33,245 nucleotides of DNA from Gemmatimonadales bacterium (GCA_035311125.1 DATGDE010000149.1:1-33245), one strand, 5' to 3'. Shown: positions 7,633 to 17,168, counted from the stretch's first letter. The notes: generated by a model not told the origin, from the letters alone. A program made the numbers and translations.

Positions 7633-8217
7633 TCAGTGCGTATGCGGCGGCGTGCCGGGCGGATCCACGTGCGTGTGCGGCGCCGAATCAGGCATCGCGC
7701 CTGCCGCATCGTGGTCGTCCGCCTCACCCGCCTCGTGATGGTGTCCCTTGGCGCGGTCCTGGATCTCCGCCTGTAGCTTCGCGGTAGGGATACCAACTGC
7801 ATGGTCGAACACCAGCTCGCCGCCCTCTATGCCGGTGCGCACCAGCAGCACGAGCCCCACGATCATGAGCAGCTTGAGCACGCGATCCTCGGTGGGGCGC
7901 AGCTGGAAGCGGCGCACCAGCTTCCAGGCGAGCACGAGGGTGAACAGGCTCATGGTGATGAGGGCGAGCTTCTCGTGCACGCCCATGATCTCATGGGCGG
8001 CATCTCCGTGCTCGACGGCGTCTTCCGCGAGCTCTCCCAGGATCACGGCCGCCCAGCCGCCGACGACGCCGGCCCAGAGCGTCCAGATGCCGGCCCAGAC
8101 GAGCGAGTCGCGTTTCAGCAGCCACCCCATCAGATCGAACAGGACGGCGACCAGGAGCAGCGCCGCCGGGAGGTCGTTCACCGCGGCGTGCAGGCGTGGC
8201 AGGTCGTAACCGATCAT
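7633..8217 (-). CDS. Integral membrane protein (DUF2231-like) with a His-rich C-terminal tail
   Basis: 194-aa ORF with about 4 hydrophobic segments. The tail is GHHHEAGEADDHD...HTHVDPPGTPPHTH. Confidence 0.6.
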   Translation of the reverse strand: MIGYDLPRLHAAVNDLPAALLLVAVLFDLMGWLLKRDSLVWAGIWTLWAGVVGGWAAVILGELAEDAVEHGDAAHEIMGVHEKLALITMSLFTLVLAWKLVRRFQLRPTEDRVLKLLMIVGLVLLVRTGIEGGELVFDHAVGIPTAKLQAEIQDRAKGHHHEAGEADDHDAAGAMPDSAPHTHVDPPGTPPHTH

Positions 8218-8245
8218 GCGGGTTTGTCGCTCCTCTGGAGTCGGG

Positions 8246-9133
8246 TTAGAGGCCCAGGCTCGAGACCACCGGCGGGTTGGCCGAGTAGTCGTAGAAGCCT
8301 TTGCCGCTCTTCCTGCCGTACATGCCGGCGAGCACCATGCGCTTGAGCAGCGGCGGCGGCGCGTACTTCTGCTCCCGGTACTCCGCGAACATGATCTCCG
8401 CGATCTTGTAGGTGGTGTCGATCCCCACCAGGTCGAGCAGCGTGAGCGGACCCATGGGGTACCCGCAACCCAGCTGCATGGCCTTGTCGATGTCGGTCAC
8501 GCTGCCGACGCCGTGCTCCAGCGCCCGGATGGCGTCGAGCAGGTAGGGGACGAGCAGCAGGTTCACGATGAACCCGGAGTTGTCCTTCGCCGCCACCGGC
8601 TCCTTGCCGAGCGAGCGGGCGAAGGCGAACGCCCGCTTGAACGCTTCGTCCGACGTCGTGACCGTGCGCACGACCTCCACCAGCTGCATCAGCGGCACCG
8701 GATTGAAGAAGTGCAGCCCGACGAACCGGTCGGGGCGCTTGGTGGCTGCGGCCATCGCCGCGATCGTGAGGCTCGAGGTGTTGGAGGCGAAGATCGTCCC
8801 GGCGGGACACAGAGCGTCCAGCTCCTTCCACAGGGCGTTCTTCACGTCGAGGTCCTCGGTGACCGCCTCCACTACGACGTCGCAGGCCTTCAAGTCGGCG
8901 GTCACGGTGGTGAACGACAGGCGCCGCAGGGCGGCGTCACGGTCCGCCGGCTGGAGCTTGCCCTTCTCCACGAACTTGGCGAGGGACTTCTCGATGCCGG
9001 CTTTCGCCTTGTCGAGGATCGGCTGCGCCACGTCGCGCACGATCGTGTCGTACCCTGCGGCGGCGGCGACCTGCGCGATGCCGCTTCCCATCAATCCGCA
9101 CCCCAGCACCCCAACGCGCTGAATGTCGCTCAT
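8246..9133 (-). CDS. hbd: 3-hydroxybutyryl-CoA / 3-hydroxyacyl-CoA dehydrogenase
   Basis: I place the start at the internal ATG 9133 (MSDIQRVGVLGCGLMGSGIAQV, an NAD Rossmann motif). Product is 295 aa. The downstream segment is typical of the family (HFFNPVPLMQLVEV). Confidence 0.9.
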   Translation of the reverse strand: MSDIQRVGVLGCGLMGSGIAQVAAAAGYDTIVRDVAQPILDKAKAGIEKSLAKFVEKGKLQPADRDAALRRLSFTTVTADLKACDVVVEAVTEDLDVKNALWKELDALCPAGTIFASNTSSLTIAAMAAATKRPDRFVGLHFFNPVPLMQLVEVVRTVTTSDEAFKRAFAFARSLGKEPVAAKDNSGFIVNLLLVPYLLDAIRALEHGVGSVTDIDKAMQLGCGYPMGPLTLLDLVGIDTTYKIAEIMFAEYREQKYAPPPLLKRMVLAGMYGRKSGKGFYDYSANPPVVSSLGL

Positions 9134-9143
9134 GGATCTCTCG

Positions 9144-9965
9144 TTAGATCTGGAATTGTTTGCGGATCTCATCGGCGATCCGCACGAATGCGCTGGCCCG
9201 CGGACCAGGCAGTGCGTGCTCGGCCCGGATCTCCCCGCGCTCCAGCCGGTCCAGCACCTGCTCGAGCCCGACCTCTATCCGCCCCAGCTGGGCGCCGCGG
9301 CCGGCGACGAGCGTCGTGAGCGCGAGCACCCCGAAGCCGAGCGCCGGCAACGCCAGGAACGGGAACAGCACCCCGAGCGTCGCCGCCACGACCGACCCGG
9401 CGGCCCCGGTTCCCGCGAGGACGGCAGCGCCCCCGATCCGGGCCCGGCGGAGATTGCGCACATCCGCGCTCAGCCGCACGTGACAGAATCCCGGCTCCAG
9501 CTGCGTCACCTGACCGGCGACTTCGACCGCCCGGGTGAGCGCGTAGCTGCGGCCGCCGGCCCTGAGCCCCCGCTGCATGGACGCGATAAATCCGACCTGC
9601 GGCTCCCAGGTGATCCGATCGGGATAGCGGCGCTTCACGCGCAACAGCTCTTCGTTTTCCATCCAGGCCGACAACGCCCGCTCGATGCCGGCGCGGTCAC
9701 CCGGCACGACGCGGTGCGCGTCGAGGCGCCCGGGCCCTACGAGCGACCAGGCCAGGCCCCGCTCGCGGCGCTCCTCGGGGAGGCGGGTCCGCTCCTCGAG
9801 CAGCGCCTGCTTCAGGTAACGGGCGGGGATGCCGACGTCGTTGCCGAGCGCGACGAGCTCCGCTTCGGTGAGGCCCTCTCCGATGTCGCGCTCGCCGGTC
9901 TGGAGCTCGGCCGCGCGCTGGATGATCCGGTCGAGGGCCTCCCGGCTGATCAACTCGCCCGCCAT
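9144..9965 (-). CDS. Hypothetical membrane protein coupled to the SPFH gene
   Basis: 273-aa ORF with high GC3. It has a soluble N-terminal half, two hydrophobic segments (GGAAVLAGTGAAGSVVAATLGVLFPFLALPALGFGVLALTTLVA) and an amphipathic tail. The ATG lies 2 nt after the TAG of the upstream gene. Confidence 0.6.
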   Translation of the reverse strand: MAGELISREALDRIIQRAAELQTGERDIGEGLTEAELVALGNDVGIPARYLKQALLEERTRLPEERRERGLAWSLVGPGRLDAHRVVPGDRAGIERALSAWMENEELLRVKRRYPDRITWEPQVGFIASMQRGLRAGGRSYALTRAVEVAGQVTQLEPGFCHVRLSADVRNLRRARIGGAAVLAGTGAAGSVVAATLGVLFPFLALPALGFGVLALTTLVAGRGAQLGRIEVGLEQVLDRLERGEIRAEHALPGPRASAFVRIADEIRKQFQI

Positions 9966-9967
9966 GG

Positions 9968-10810
9968 CTACGCCCGGACCTTTTCCTTGTCGACGGGACT
10001 CGCAGGCAGGGACTCGCCTGCCGCGCGCGCCGGGAGGGCGGGGATGGCGCTGTCGGCCCGCCGGCCCGCCACCGTGTCGAGGATGCCCTTGAAGAGATCG
10101 ATCGGGACCGGGAAGATCGTGGTCGAATTCTTCTCGGACGCGATCTCCGTGACCGTCTGGAGATAGCGCAGCTGAATCGCGGCCGGCTCCCGGCCGATGA
10201 TCGCGGCGGCCTGCGCCAGCTTCTCGGACGCCTGCAGCTCGCCCTCGGCGTTGATCACCTTGGCGCGCCGCTCCCGCTCGGCTTCCGCCTGGCGGGCCAT
10301 CGCCCGCTTCATTTCGGGCGGCAGGTCCACGTCCTTCACCTCGACCGCCGAGACCTCGATGCCCCAGTCCTCGGCGCGCTGGTCGATGATCCGCTTGAGG
10401 ATCGCGTTGATCTTCTCGCGATTCGCCAGCAGCTCGTCGAGCTCCGTCTCTCCCAGCACGGAGCGCAGCGTCGTCTGGGCGAGCTGGCTCGTCGCATAGA
10501 GATAGTTCTCGACGCCGATCACCGCCTTCACCGGGTCCTTCACCAGCATGTACAGGACCGCGTTCACCTTGATCGAGATGTTGTCGCGGGTGATCACGTC
10601 CTGCGGCGGGATGTCGAGCGCCATCACGCGCAAGCTGACCTTCTGCATGCGGGCGAACAGGGGAGGCAGATAGATCAGGCCCGGTCCCTTGGCGCCCCAG
10701 GAGCGGCCCAGGAAGAAGTAGACGGCGCGCTCGTACTCGCGCAGCACGCGGAGGCCGGAGAAGAGGTAGAAGCCGACCCCGGCCAGGATACCCAGGAGGA
10801 CGTTGCCCAT
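9968..10810 (-). CDS. SPFH / band-7 (stomatin-like) protein
   Basis: 280-aa ORF with an N-terminal TM segment. The SPFH core contains [27 protein letters not shown], followed by an [10 protein letters not shown] coiled region. Confidence 0.9.
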   Translation of the reverse strand: MGNVLLGILAGVGFYLFSGLRVLREYERAVYFFLGRSWGAKGPGLIYLPPLFARMQKVSLRVMALDIPPQDVITRDNISIKVNAVLYMLVKDPVKAVIGVENYLYATSQLAQTTLRSVLGETELDELLANREKINAILKRIIDQRAEDWGIEVSAVEVKDVDLPPEMKRAMARQAEAERERRAKVINAEGELQASEKLAQAAAIIGREPAAIQLRYLQTVTEIASEKNSTTIFPVPIDLFKGILDTVAGRRADSAIPALPARAAGESLPASPVDKEKVRA

Positions 10811-10823
10811 GCGGGCCCCTTTC

Positions 10824-12026
10824 TCAGGCGGGGAAGGCTTCGACGATCACGGCCAGGCCCTGTCCGCCGCCGATGCACGCCGAGCCCAGGCCGTAGCGCT
10901 TGCCCGCGCGACGCAGGGCGTGCAGCAGGTGCAGGGTGATACGCGTGCCGCTCGCGGCCAGCGGATGGCCGATGGCGATGGCGCCGCCGTGCACGTTGGT
11001 CTTCGCGCGGTCGAGCCCCAGCTCCTTCTCCACCGCGAGATACTGCGGCGCGAACGCCTCGTTCACTTCAATCAGGTCCATTTGGGCGAGCGTCATGCCG
11101 GCTTTCTGGAGCGCCTTGCGTGCGGAAGGGGCGGGTCCGATCCCCATGTACTTCGGCTCCACGCCGACCACCGCCCAGGCCACCAGCCGTCCCAGCGGCT
11201 TCAGACCGTGCGCTTTGGCGTACCCCTCGCTCGCGATGACCGTCGCGGCGGCGCCATCGGAAATCCCGGACGCGTTGCCCGCGGTGACGACGCCGTCCTT
11301 CTTGAAGTAGGGCTTCAGTCCCGCGAGACCCTCGAGCGTCGTCTCCGGCCGCATGTGCTCGTCGGCGCGAAAGTCGACCGTCTGCCCCTTCTTCTTCACC
11401 GGGACGGGGATCACTTCGTCGGTGAAGACGCAGTCGTCCCAGGCCTTCTTGGCGCGCTGCTGCGAGTCCACCGCGACCTGGTCTACCTCGGCGCGGCCGA
11501 GCTTGTACTTGTCGGCGAGGTTCTCGGCGGTCTCGGCCATGGAGAAGCCGCACTGCGGGTCCTTCAGCGACTCCCACAGCAGGTCCTCGAGCGGGGCGGG
11601 GCCGAGCCGCAGGCCCCAGCGCGCGCCGCGGACGACGTGGGGGGCCTGACTCATCGACTCGCCGCCTCCGGCGAGCACCGCCTCGGCCTCGCCGAGGACG
11701 ATGAGCTGGGCCCCCTGGGTGATGGCCTCGAAACCCGAGCCGCACAGGCGGTTCACCGTGACCGCGGGCGTCTCGACCGGGAGTCCGGCCTTGAGGGCGA
11801 CGTGGCGCGCCATGTAGATCGCGTCGGCGGAGGTCTGGAGCGCGTTGCCGAATATCGTGTGGCCGATGTCGGCGGCCGGGACGCCCGAGCGCTCGATGGC
11901 GTGGCGGGCGGCGATCGCGCCCAGGTCGATGGCGGAAAGATCCTTCAGGGAGCCGCCGAAGGCGCCGAAGCCCGTGCGGACTCCCGAGAGAAAGACGACG
12001 TCGGTTTGACTGCCTTGGGTCTTCAC
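10824..12026 (-). CDS. Acetyl-CoA C-acetyltransferase (thiolase II)
   Basis: The upstream 125 codons of track ORF 10824..12401 are junk. I place the start at GTG 12026, 8 nt after GGAG, giving a 400-aa product. GTG 12032 is an alternative start. Thiolase motifs: [34 protein letters not shown]. Confidence 0.9.
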   Translation of the reverse strand: MKTQGSQTDVVFLSGVRTGFGAFGGSLKDLSAIDLGAIAARHAIERSGVPAADIGHTIFGNALQTSADAIYMARHVALKAGLPVETPAVTVNRLCGSGFEAITQGAQLIVLGEAEAVLAGGGESMSQAPHVVRGARWGLRLGPAPLEDLLWESLKDPQCGFSMAETAENLADKYKLGRAEVDQVAVDSQQRAKKAWDDCVFTDEVIPVPVKKKGQTVDFRADEHMRPETTLEGLAGLKPYFKKDGVVTAGNASGISDGAAATVIASEGYAKAHGLKPLGRLVAWAVVGVEPKYMGIGPAPSARKALQKAGMTLAQMDLIEVNEAFAPQYLAVEKELGLDRAKTNVHGGAIAIGHPLAASGTRITLHLLHALRRAGKRYGLGSACIGGGQGLAVIVEAFPA

Positions 12027-12094
12027 GAACACGACTCCGCTGGCGAGAGGAGGGAATATAACCCGGCCGGCGGGATGGCCCGGGCAGGCTCGTG

Positions 12095-13438
12095 TCAGGC
12101 CGCGGCCCGGTGCCGCCAGAACAGGTACGCCGGCGTTCCGAGCAGCACGATCCCCACTCCCGCGAGCGCCTGGACGGGCCGCGCCACCACGGTGTTGGCG
12201 ACGATCGCCACGGCGGCGAGGATGAAGACGGCCGGGGTCACCGGGTAGCCCGGCACCCGGAAGGGGCGCGGCGCATCGGGACGGCGCCGCCGCAGCACGA
12301 ACACGCTCGCCGCCGCCAGGGCCGCGAACAGCCAGCTCGCGAACACCACGTAGGTCAGCAGCTGCTCGAAGCTGCCCCACAGCGTGAGCAGCGCCGCCCA
12401 CGCCCCGCCGACGGCGATCGCCATTGCGGGAGTACCGAAGCGAGGATGCACCTGCCCCAGCGCACGGAAGAAGACGCCGTCGCGGGCCATGGCGAAGTAC
12501 ATGCGCGGGCCGGTGAGCGCGAGTCCGTTGGCGGCGCTGAACACGGAGATGAGCACCGCGGCGCTCACGAGCTTCGCGGGGACCGGCCCGAACAGCGCGC
12601 GGACGGTGTCCGCCGCGACGCGCTGGGAGCGGGCGACGCCGCCGGGTCCGAGAGCGGCGAGGTAGCCGATATTGGCGAGCAGGTAGAGCGCCACCAGGGC
12701 GGCCGTCCCGATGATGATGCCGCGGGCGAAGGTGCGCTGCGGGTCGAGCGCTTCACCCGCCGAGTTCGTCACGTTGATCCACCCTTCGTAGGCCCACAGC
12801 ACTCCGAGCAGCGCGACGCCGGCGCCCGACAGCAGGCCGGGTGAGAGCGGCGTCGCAAACGCACGGGCGCTGGACTCCGGGCCGCCCGATCCGAGGGCGA
12901 GCCCCGCTACGGCGATCGCGAGGATCGCCGCCACCTTCACCGCGGTGCTCCAGTTCTGCACCGTCGCCGCGTGGCGCACGCCGCGGATGTTCACGGCGGA
13001 GACCGCGACGATCATCAGCACGGGCAGCAGCTTGCCGCCTACGGGCCCGAGCGACACGAGCTCGCCCGCGTAGGTCGCAAAGGCTACAGCGAGCGTCGCG
13101 GTGGATCCGGTGTTGATCGCGAGAAACAGGGTCCAGCCGAGCAGGAACGCGGGGAACCGGCCGAAGGCTTCCCGCACATAGGTGTAACTCCCGCCCGCGT
13201 CGGGGTAGAGCGCGCCGAGCTCGGCGAAGGTCAGGGCACCCAGGAGCGAGCAGATGCCGCCGCCCAGCCACACGAGCAACGCCACGCCGGGATCGCCCGC
13301 GGTGTTGCGGAGCACGGTGCCGGGGACGAGCCAGATCCCGGAGCCGATGACCGTCCCAATGACGACCAGGACGAGATCGCCCTGGCGCAGCGTGCGGGTG
13401 AGGTCGCGCCGGGCGGTGACGGGTGTCGGAGCGCTCAA
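12095..13438 (-). CDS. APC-family amino acid permease
   Basis: The polytopic membrane part of track ORF 12095..14326 (LVLVVIGTVIGSGIWLVPG...). I place the start at TTG 13438, which overlaps the ggt TGA (TTGA). Product is 447 aa. The exact start is uncertain. Confidence 0.75.
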   Translation of the reverse strand: MSAPTPVTARRDLTRTLRQGDLVLVVIGTVIGSGIWLVPGTVLRNTAGDPGVALLVWLGGGICSLLGALTFAELGALYPDAGGSYTYVREAFGRFPAFLLGWTLFLAINTGSTATLAVAFATYAGELVSLGPVGGKLLPVLMIVAVSAVNIRGVRHAATVQNWSTAVKVAAILAIAVAGLALGSGGPESSARAFATPLSPGLLSGAGVALLGVLWAYEGWINVTNSAGEALDPQRTFARGIIIGTAALVALYLLANIGYLAALGPGGVARSQRVAADTVRALFGPVPAKLVSAAVLISVFSAANGLALTGPRMYFAMARDGVFFRALGQVHPRFGTPAMAIAVGGAWAALLTLWGSFEQLLTYVVFASWLFAALAAASVFVLRRRRPDAPRPFRVPGYPVTPAVFILAAVAIVANTVVARPVQALAGVGIVLLGTPAYLFWRHRAAA

Positions 13439-15120
13439 TGCCCCGCCGCCATGCCGTCCTTGCGCGGATCCGAGCCCGCGGCGTAGCCCCGCGGCAGCCG
13501 GAGAATCGCCTGTGCGCCGCCGAAGGCGACGTTCGAATCGGGGACGACGACGTGGCCCAGTGCCGCGAGGCGCCGGCGCACGTCGTCGCCGATCGCCGGT
13601 TCGAGTGCGACCCGCAGGCCGTCGAAGTGGCGGAAGCGGGGGGCGTCGACCGCGTCCTGCAGGTCCATGCCGAAGACGAGGAGGTTGAGCAGGACCTGAA
13701 CGTGGCCCTGCGGCTGCATCGAGCCGCCCATGACGCCGAACGACATCCACGGCTGCTCCACCCCGGTCGAATCGGGTTTGGTCACGAAGCCGGGGATGAG
13801 CGTATGGAAGGGTCGTTTTCCGGGCGCCACGGTGTTGGGGAGTCCCGGCTCGAGCGTGAATCCCGCGCCCCGGTCCTGCAGGGCGAAGCCGGTGCCCGGG
13901 ACGACGACGCCGGACCCGAAGAGGTCGTACAGCGAATTGATGAACGACACCATGTTGCCCGCCGAGTCGGCGACGGTGAGGTAGATCGTCTCGCTCGCCG
14001 TGAGGGGCTTCCCGGGCTGCGGCCGGTCCGCCGCGCGGGCGGTGTCGATGAGCGCGCGGCGTGCCGCTATGTACGCATCCGAGAGCAGCGCGGCAGGGGG
14101 TACGGTGAGCGACTTCGGCTCCCCGACGAAGCGCGCCAGGTCGGCGTACGCCAGCTTCTTCGCTTCGATCAGCAGATGCAGGTACGCCGCGGAATTGTGG
14201 CCGAGTGCTTTGAGGTCGTACGGCTCGAGCATCCGCAACATCTCGAGCACCGCCAGGCCCTGGTTGTTGGGCGGCAACTCCCACACCCGGTAGCCGTGGA
14301 ACGGCACCGAGATCGGCTCGACCCATTCGGGGTGGTGGCTCTTCAGGTCGTCGAGCGTGAGATAGCCGCCGAGCTCGCGCACCCGCGCCACGATCCGCTG
14401 TCCCAGGTCGCCGCCGTACAGCGTCGCGGGTCCCTGCGCGGCGATCTGACGGAAGGTCCGGGCCAGGTCGGGGTTACGGAACCATTCTCCGGGACGCGGC
14501 GCGCGTGTGCCGTCCACCAGAAACGTCGTTCGGGCGCCGGAGTCGCGTGCGAGCTTCGCCGCCTGGTCGGCCCAGTCGCGCCCGATGATGGGCGTGACGG
14601 GGAAGCCCTCCTCGGCGTACCCGATGGCGGGCTCGAGCGCCTGAGCGAGGGTGATCGTGCCGTAACGGGAGAGCAGGGCGTCCCATCCCGACAGCGCCCC
14701 GGGAACGGTGACGTCTTCGACCGTTTCCTCAGGCATCGAGCGGTGGCCTTTCGCGAGCAGCGCCTCGCGCGTCATGAGCGCGCCGGCGCGGCCGCTGGCG
14801 TTCAGGGCCACGAGGCGCCGCTCCTTGGCGACCCAGACGAGGGCGAACATGTCGCCGCCGATCCCGGTCATCATCGGCTCGACGACGTTGAGCACGGCTG
14901 CGGCGGTGACGGCGGCGTCGAATGCGTTGCCGCCGCGCTGGAGCACAGCGAGGCCGGCGGCGGTCGCGAGCGGCTGGCTGGTCGCGATCATGCCGTGCGG
15001 GGCATAGACGGTGGAGCGGTGGGCCATGGTGGTCGGGCGTTGCGCGTGGGTGGCGGCCGGGAGGGCGCCCGCGACGGCGAGCGCGACCAGGACGCGGCGG
15101 CTGGTCGGGGGGGCGTTCAC
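13435..15120 (-). CDS. ggt: Gamma-glutamyltransferase
   Basis: 561-aa ORF with a signal peptide. Typical GGT segments: ATSQPLATAAGLAVLQRGGNAFDAAV, MTGIGGDMF, DSAGNMVSFINS, MSFGVMGG. The GTG start overlaps the upstream TGA (GTGA). Confidence 0.9.
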   Translation of the reverse strand: MNAPPTSRRVLVALAVAGALPAATHAQRPTTMAHRSTVYAPHGMIATSQPLATAAGLAVLQRGGNAFDAAVTAAAVLNVVEPMMTGIGGDMFALVWVAKERRLVALNASGRAGALMTREALLAKGHRSMPEETVEDVTVPGALSGWDALLSRYGTITLAQALEPAIGYAEEGFPVTPIIGRDWADQAAKLARDSGARTTFLVDGTRAPRPGEWFRNPDLARTFRQIAAQGPATLYGGDLGQRIVARVRELGGYLTLDDLKSHHPEWVEPISVPFHGYRVWELPPNNQGLAVLEMLRMLEPYDLKALGHNSAAYLHLLIEAKKLAYADLARFVGEPKSLTVPPAALLSDAYIAARRALIDTARAADRPQPGKPLTASETIYLTVADSAGNMVSFINSLYDLFGSGVVVPGTGFALQDRGAGFTLEPGLPNTVAPGKRPFHTLIPGFVTKPDSTGVEQPWMSFGVMGGSMQPQGHVQVLLNLLVFGMDLQDAVDAPRFRHFDGLRVALEPAIGDDVRRRLAALGHVVVPDSNVAFGGAQAILRLPRGYAAGSDPRKDGMAAGH

Positions 15121-16175
15121 GAATTGACGTCGCTTTCGAGACGGCGAGTGACGGCCTCGGCTGCAGCGCCGGTCGTCGTCGTGCCACCGAGATCGGGCGT
15201 GCGGGCTCCGCCCGCGAGGGCACTGCGCACGGCCCGCTCGAGGCTCCGGGCCGCTTCGGCGTGGCCCAGCTGCTCGAACATCAGGGCGCCGGTGAGAATC
15301 GCCGCCATGGGATTGGCGACGCCCTTGCCCTTGAGCGACGGCGCCGAGCCGTGCACCGGCTCGAACAGCCCGGCGCGCCCGGGGTGCAGATTCGCGCTCG
15401 CGGCGATGCCCAACCCACCGACGAGCCCCGCTCCCAGGTCGGAGAGGATGTCGCCATACAGGTTGTTCGTCACGATCACCTGAAACCGCTCCGGCTCGCG
15501 CACCATTTCCATCGCCAGGGCATCGACGAAGCGATGCTCGGCCTGGATGCCGGGATACTCGGCCGCAATCGCCTTGAACCGCTCCTGCCAGATGCGGTGG
15601 GCCGGCACCGCGTTGGACTTGTCGCTCATCGTCACGCGGGTCTTGCCGTGGTCCCTGGCCCAGGCGAAGGCGGCGCGGATGATGCGCTCCACACCCGTCG
15701 CGGTGTTGATCTCCTCGGCGACGTATTCGCCGTCGGAGATGCGGCCGCGGCCGAGGTAGACGCCTTCGGTGTTCTCGCGGAAGATGACGAAGTCGATGGG
15801 CCGTTGCGACCGCAGCGGCGTGAGGTCGGGGTGGAGCAGCTGCACCGGCCGGAAGTTGACGTAGAGATCGAGCCGGAACCGCAGTCCCAGCAGGATGTCG
15901 CGCGCGTGCTCGTTGGAGGGGACGCGCGGATCGCCGAGGGCGCCGAGGAAGATGGCGGCGACGTCATCGCGCAGGTGCGTGAACGCCTGGTCGGGGAGCG
16001 TCTCGCGGGTCGCGAGGTAGTGGTCCGCCGAGTAGGGGAGCCGCTCCCACCCGACCGAGAAGCCGTGGGACGCGGCGGCGCGGTCGAGTACGGGGATCGC
16101 GGCCTCGATCACCTCGGGGCCGATACCGTCGCCGGCGATGACGGCGATGCGGTAGGGACGTGAGATCTCGGTCAT
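15117..16175 (-). CDS. Isopropylmalate / tartrate dehydrogenase family beta-decarboxylating dehydrogenase
   Basis: 352-aa ORF. Motifs: IAVIAGDGIGPEV, LDLYVNFRP, TNNLYGDILSDL, FEPVHGSAP. Confidence 0.85.
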   Translation of the reverse strand: MTEISRPYRIAVIAGDGIGPEVIEAAIPVLDRAAASHGFSVGWERLPYSADHYLATRETLPDQAFTHLRDDVAAIFLGALGDPRVPSNEHARDILLGLRFRLDLYVNFRPVQLLHPDLTPLRSQRPIDFVIFRENTEGVYLGRGRISDGEYVAEEINTATGVERIIRAAFAWARDHGKTRVTMSDKSNAVPAHRIWQERFKAIAAEYPGIQAEHRFVDALAMEMVREPERFQVIVTNNLYGDILSDLGAGLVGGLGIAASANLHPGRAGLFEPVHGSAPSLKGKGVANPMAAILTGALMFEQLGHAEAARSLERAVRSALAGGARTPDLGGTTTTGAAAEAVTRRLESDVNS

Positions 16176-16181
16176 GAGTCG

Positions 16182-16291
16182 TCAGCCATCAGCCGTCAGC
16201 ACTCAGCCGTCAGCGATCAGCCAGCCACGTACGACGGCCATACGCACGGCCTCAGTCTGCTGATGGCTGACGGCTGATGGCTGAGGGCTAA
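16182..16291. repeat. Intergenic palindrome with heptamer-periodic arms (unit TCAGCNN)
   Basis: Six tandem TCAGCNN units occupy 16182-16223. Five NNGCTGA units occupy 16257-16291. A 19-nt perfect complement pairs 16182-16200 with 16266-16284. Confidence 0.8.
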
Positions 16292-16297
16292 GTGCTC

Positions 16298-17020
16298 TCA
16301 TTCAAACCCCGTCGCTCGCCCGCAGCCGATACAGTAGGCCCAGCCCACGTCCACCTCGCTGCCGCACGCCGGGCACTTCAGCTCGCCCAGCGGCGGCTGG
16401 CCGCAGTGAGGGCAGAAATTGACCTTGCGATTCGTCGGCAGTGAGCCGCCGCAGTAGGCGCATTGCGCGGAGGAAGCCGTGTCCTCGTCCGAATCCGCCA
16501 GCTCGAACGCCAGCTCGGCTTCCGAAGGGGCAGGGCGCAGGGCGAGACCCTCGGGAGGAACCGGGTTCTCCGACGTCCAGCTGATCGGCTCCTCTTCTTC
16601 TTCTTCTTCCTGTGGGGCATCTTCGCGAGCGGCCGGTTCCGGCTCCGGTTCGGGGGACCCGAAGGCCGCACCCTGCCCGCGCCGCAGCACGCGCTCCGCG
16701 GCGAAGCGGTTCACCATCACCCGTGCGTCGGGGAAGTTGCGGAAGTATCCAGGATCGGGATTGGTGGCCGTCACTTCGCGCTGCATCCCGTCGCGCACCT
16801 CGGAGGGGTCGAGCTGCACGTAGCCGCGCTCTCCGGCGAGCAGGCGCAGCACCGTCATCTCGTAGTCCTGGTGCGTCGCCACCTTCAGTCGCGAGCGGTT
16901 GGACCGGTAAGGCACGAGCCGCTCGTAGATGTCGGCCGCGGGGAACGGGACGGCGATCCGCGCCTCGCGCGCCAGGGCCTCGACGAGGCACTCGAAGAGA
17001 CGATCGAGCTCGTCAGCCAC
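16298..17020 (-). CDS. Hypothetical protein with an acidic linker and a C-terminal double zinc ribbon
   Basis: 240-aa ORF with four CxxC pairs (CAYCGG...CPHCG...CPACG...CIGCG). A poly-Glu run is encoded by (TTC)5 on the plus strand. Confidence 0.7.
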   Translation of the reverse strand: MADELDRLFECLVEALAREARIAVPFPAADIYERLVPYRSNRSRLKVATHQDYEMTVLRLLAGERGYVQLDPSEVRDGMQREVTATNPDPGYFRNFPDARVMVNRFAAERVLRRGQGAAFGSPEPEPEPAAREDAPQEEEEEEEPISWTSENPVPPEGLALRPAPSEAELAFELADSDEDTASSAQCAYCGGSLPTNRKVNFCPHCGQPPLGELKCPACGSEVDVGWAYCIGCGRATGFE

Positions 17021-17071
17021 CCGTCACTCCCAGCCTCCGATCCACTCCACCGGTCTCGCCTTTCGCTCGTA

Positions 17072-17168
17072 CCTCTCCCCCTGACCCCCTCTCCGTTCCG
17101 GAGAGGGGGGACGATTCTCGCCTGTCGTGCTCGCTCGCCCGAGAGGGAGAGCGGGACAGGGGGAGAAG
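17072..17168. repeat. Nested GC-rich inverted repeats (C-tract/G-tract hairpin)
   Basis: Inner hairpin: CCCCCTCTCCG-TTC-CGGAGAGGGGG (17085-17109, 11 bp). Outer arms: CCTCTCCCCCTG (17072-17083) against CAGGGGGAGAAG (17157-17168), 11/12 complementary. Confidence 0.6.

Noticed and set aside
12050-12090. A hairpin (CCCGG...CCGGG with a bulge) followed by TTATATT on the minus strand, considered as a terminator after the permease gene.
   Set aside because: The stem is short and interrupted, and the T-run is broken. This is insufficient to call.
16182-16291. CRISPR array interpretation of the heptamer and decamer repeat clusters (also 3782-3898 and 21481-21544).
   Set aside because: The repeat units are 7-10 nt and directly abutting, with no spacers. 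They are arranged as two inverted arrays, and no cas genes are present in the window.
16593-16609. A (TTC)5 trinucleotide repeat as a phase-variation switch in the zinc-ribbon gene.
   Set aside because: The unit length is 3, so slippage keeps the reading frame and only changes the poly-Glu length. The five copies are too few to argue for contingency behaviour.
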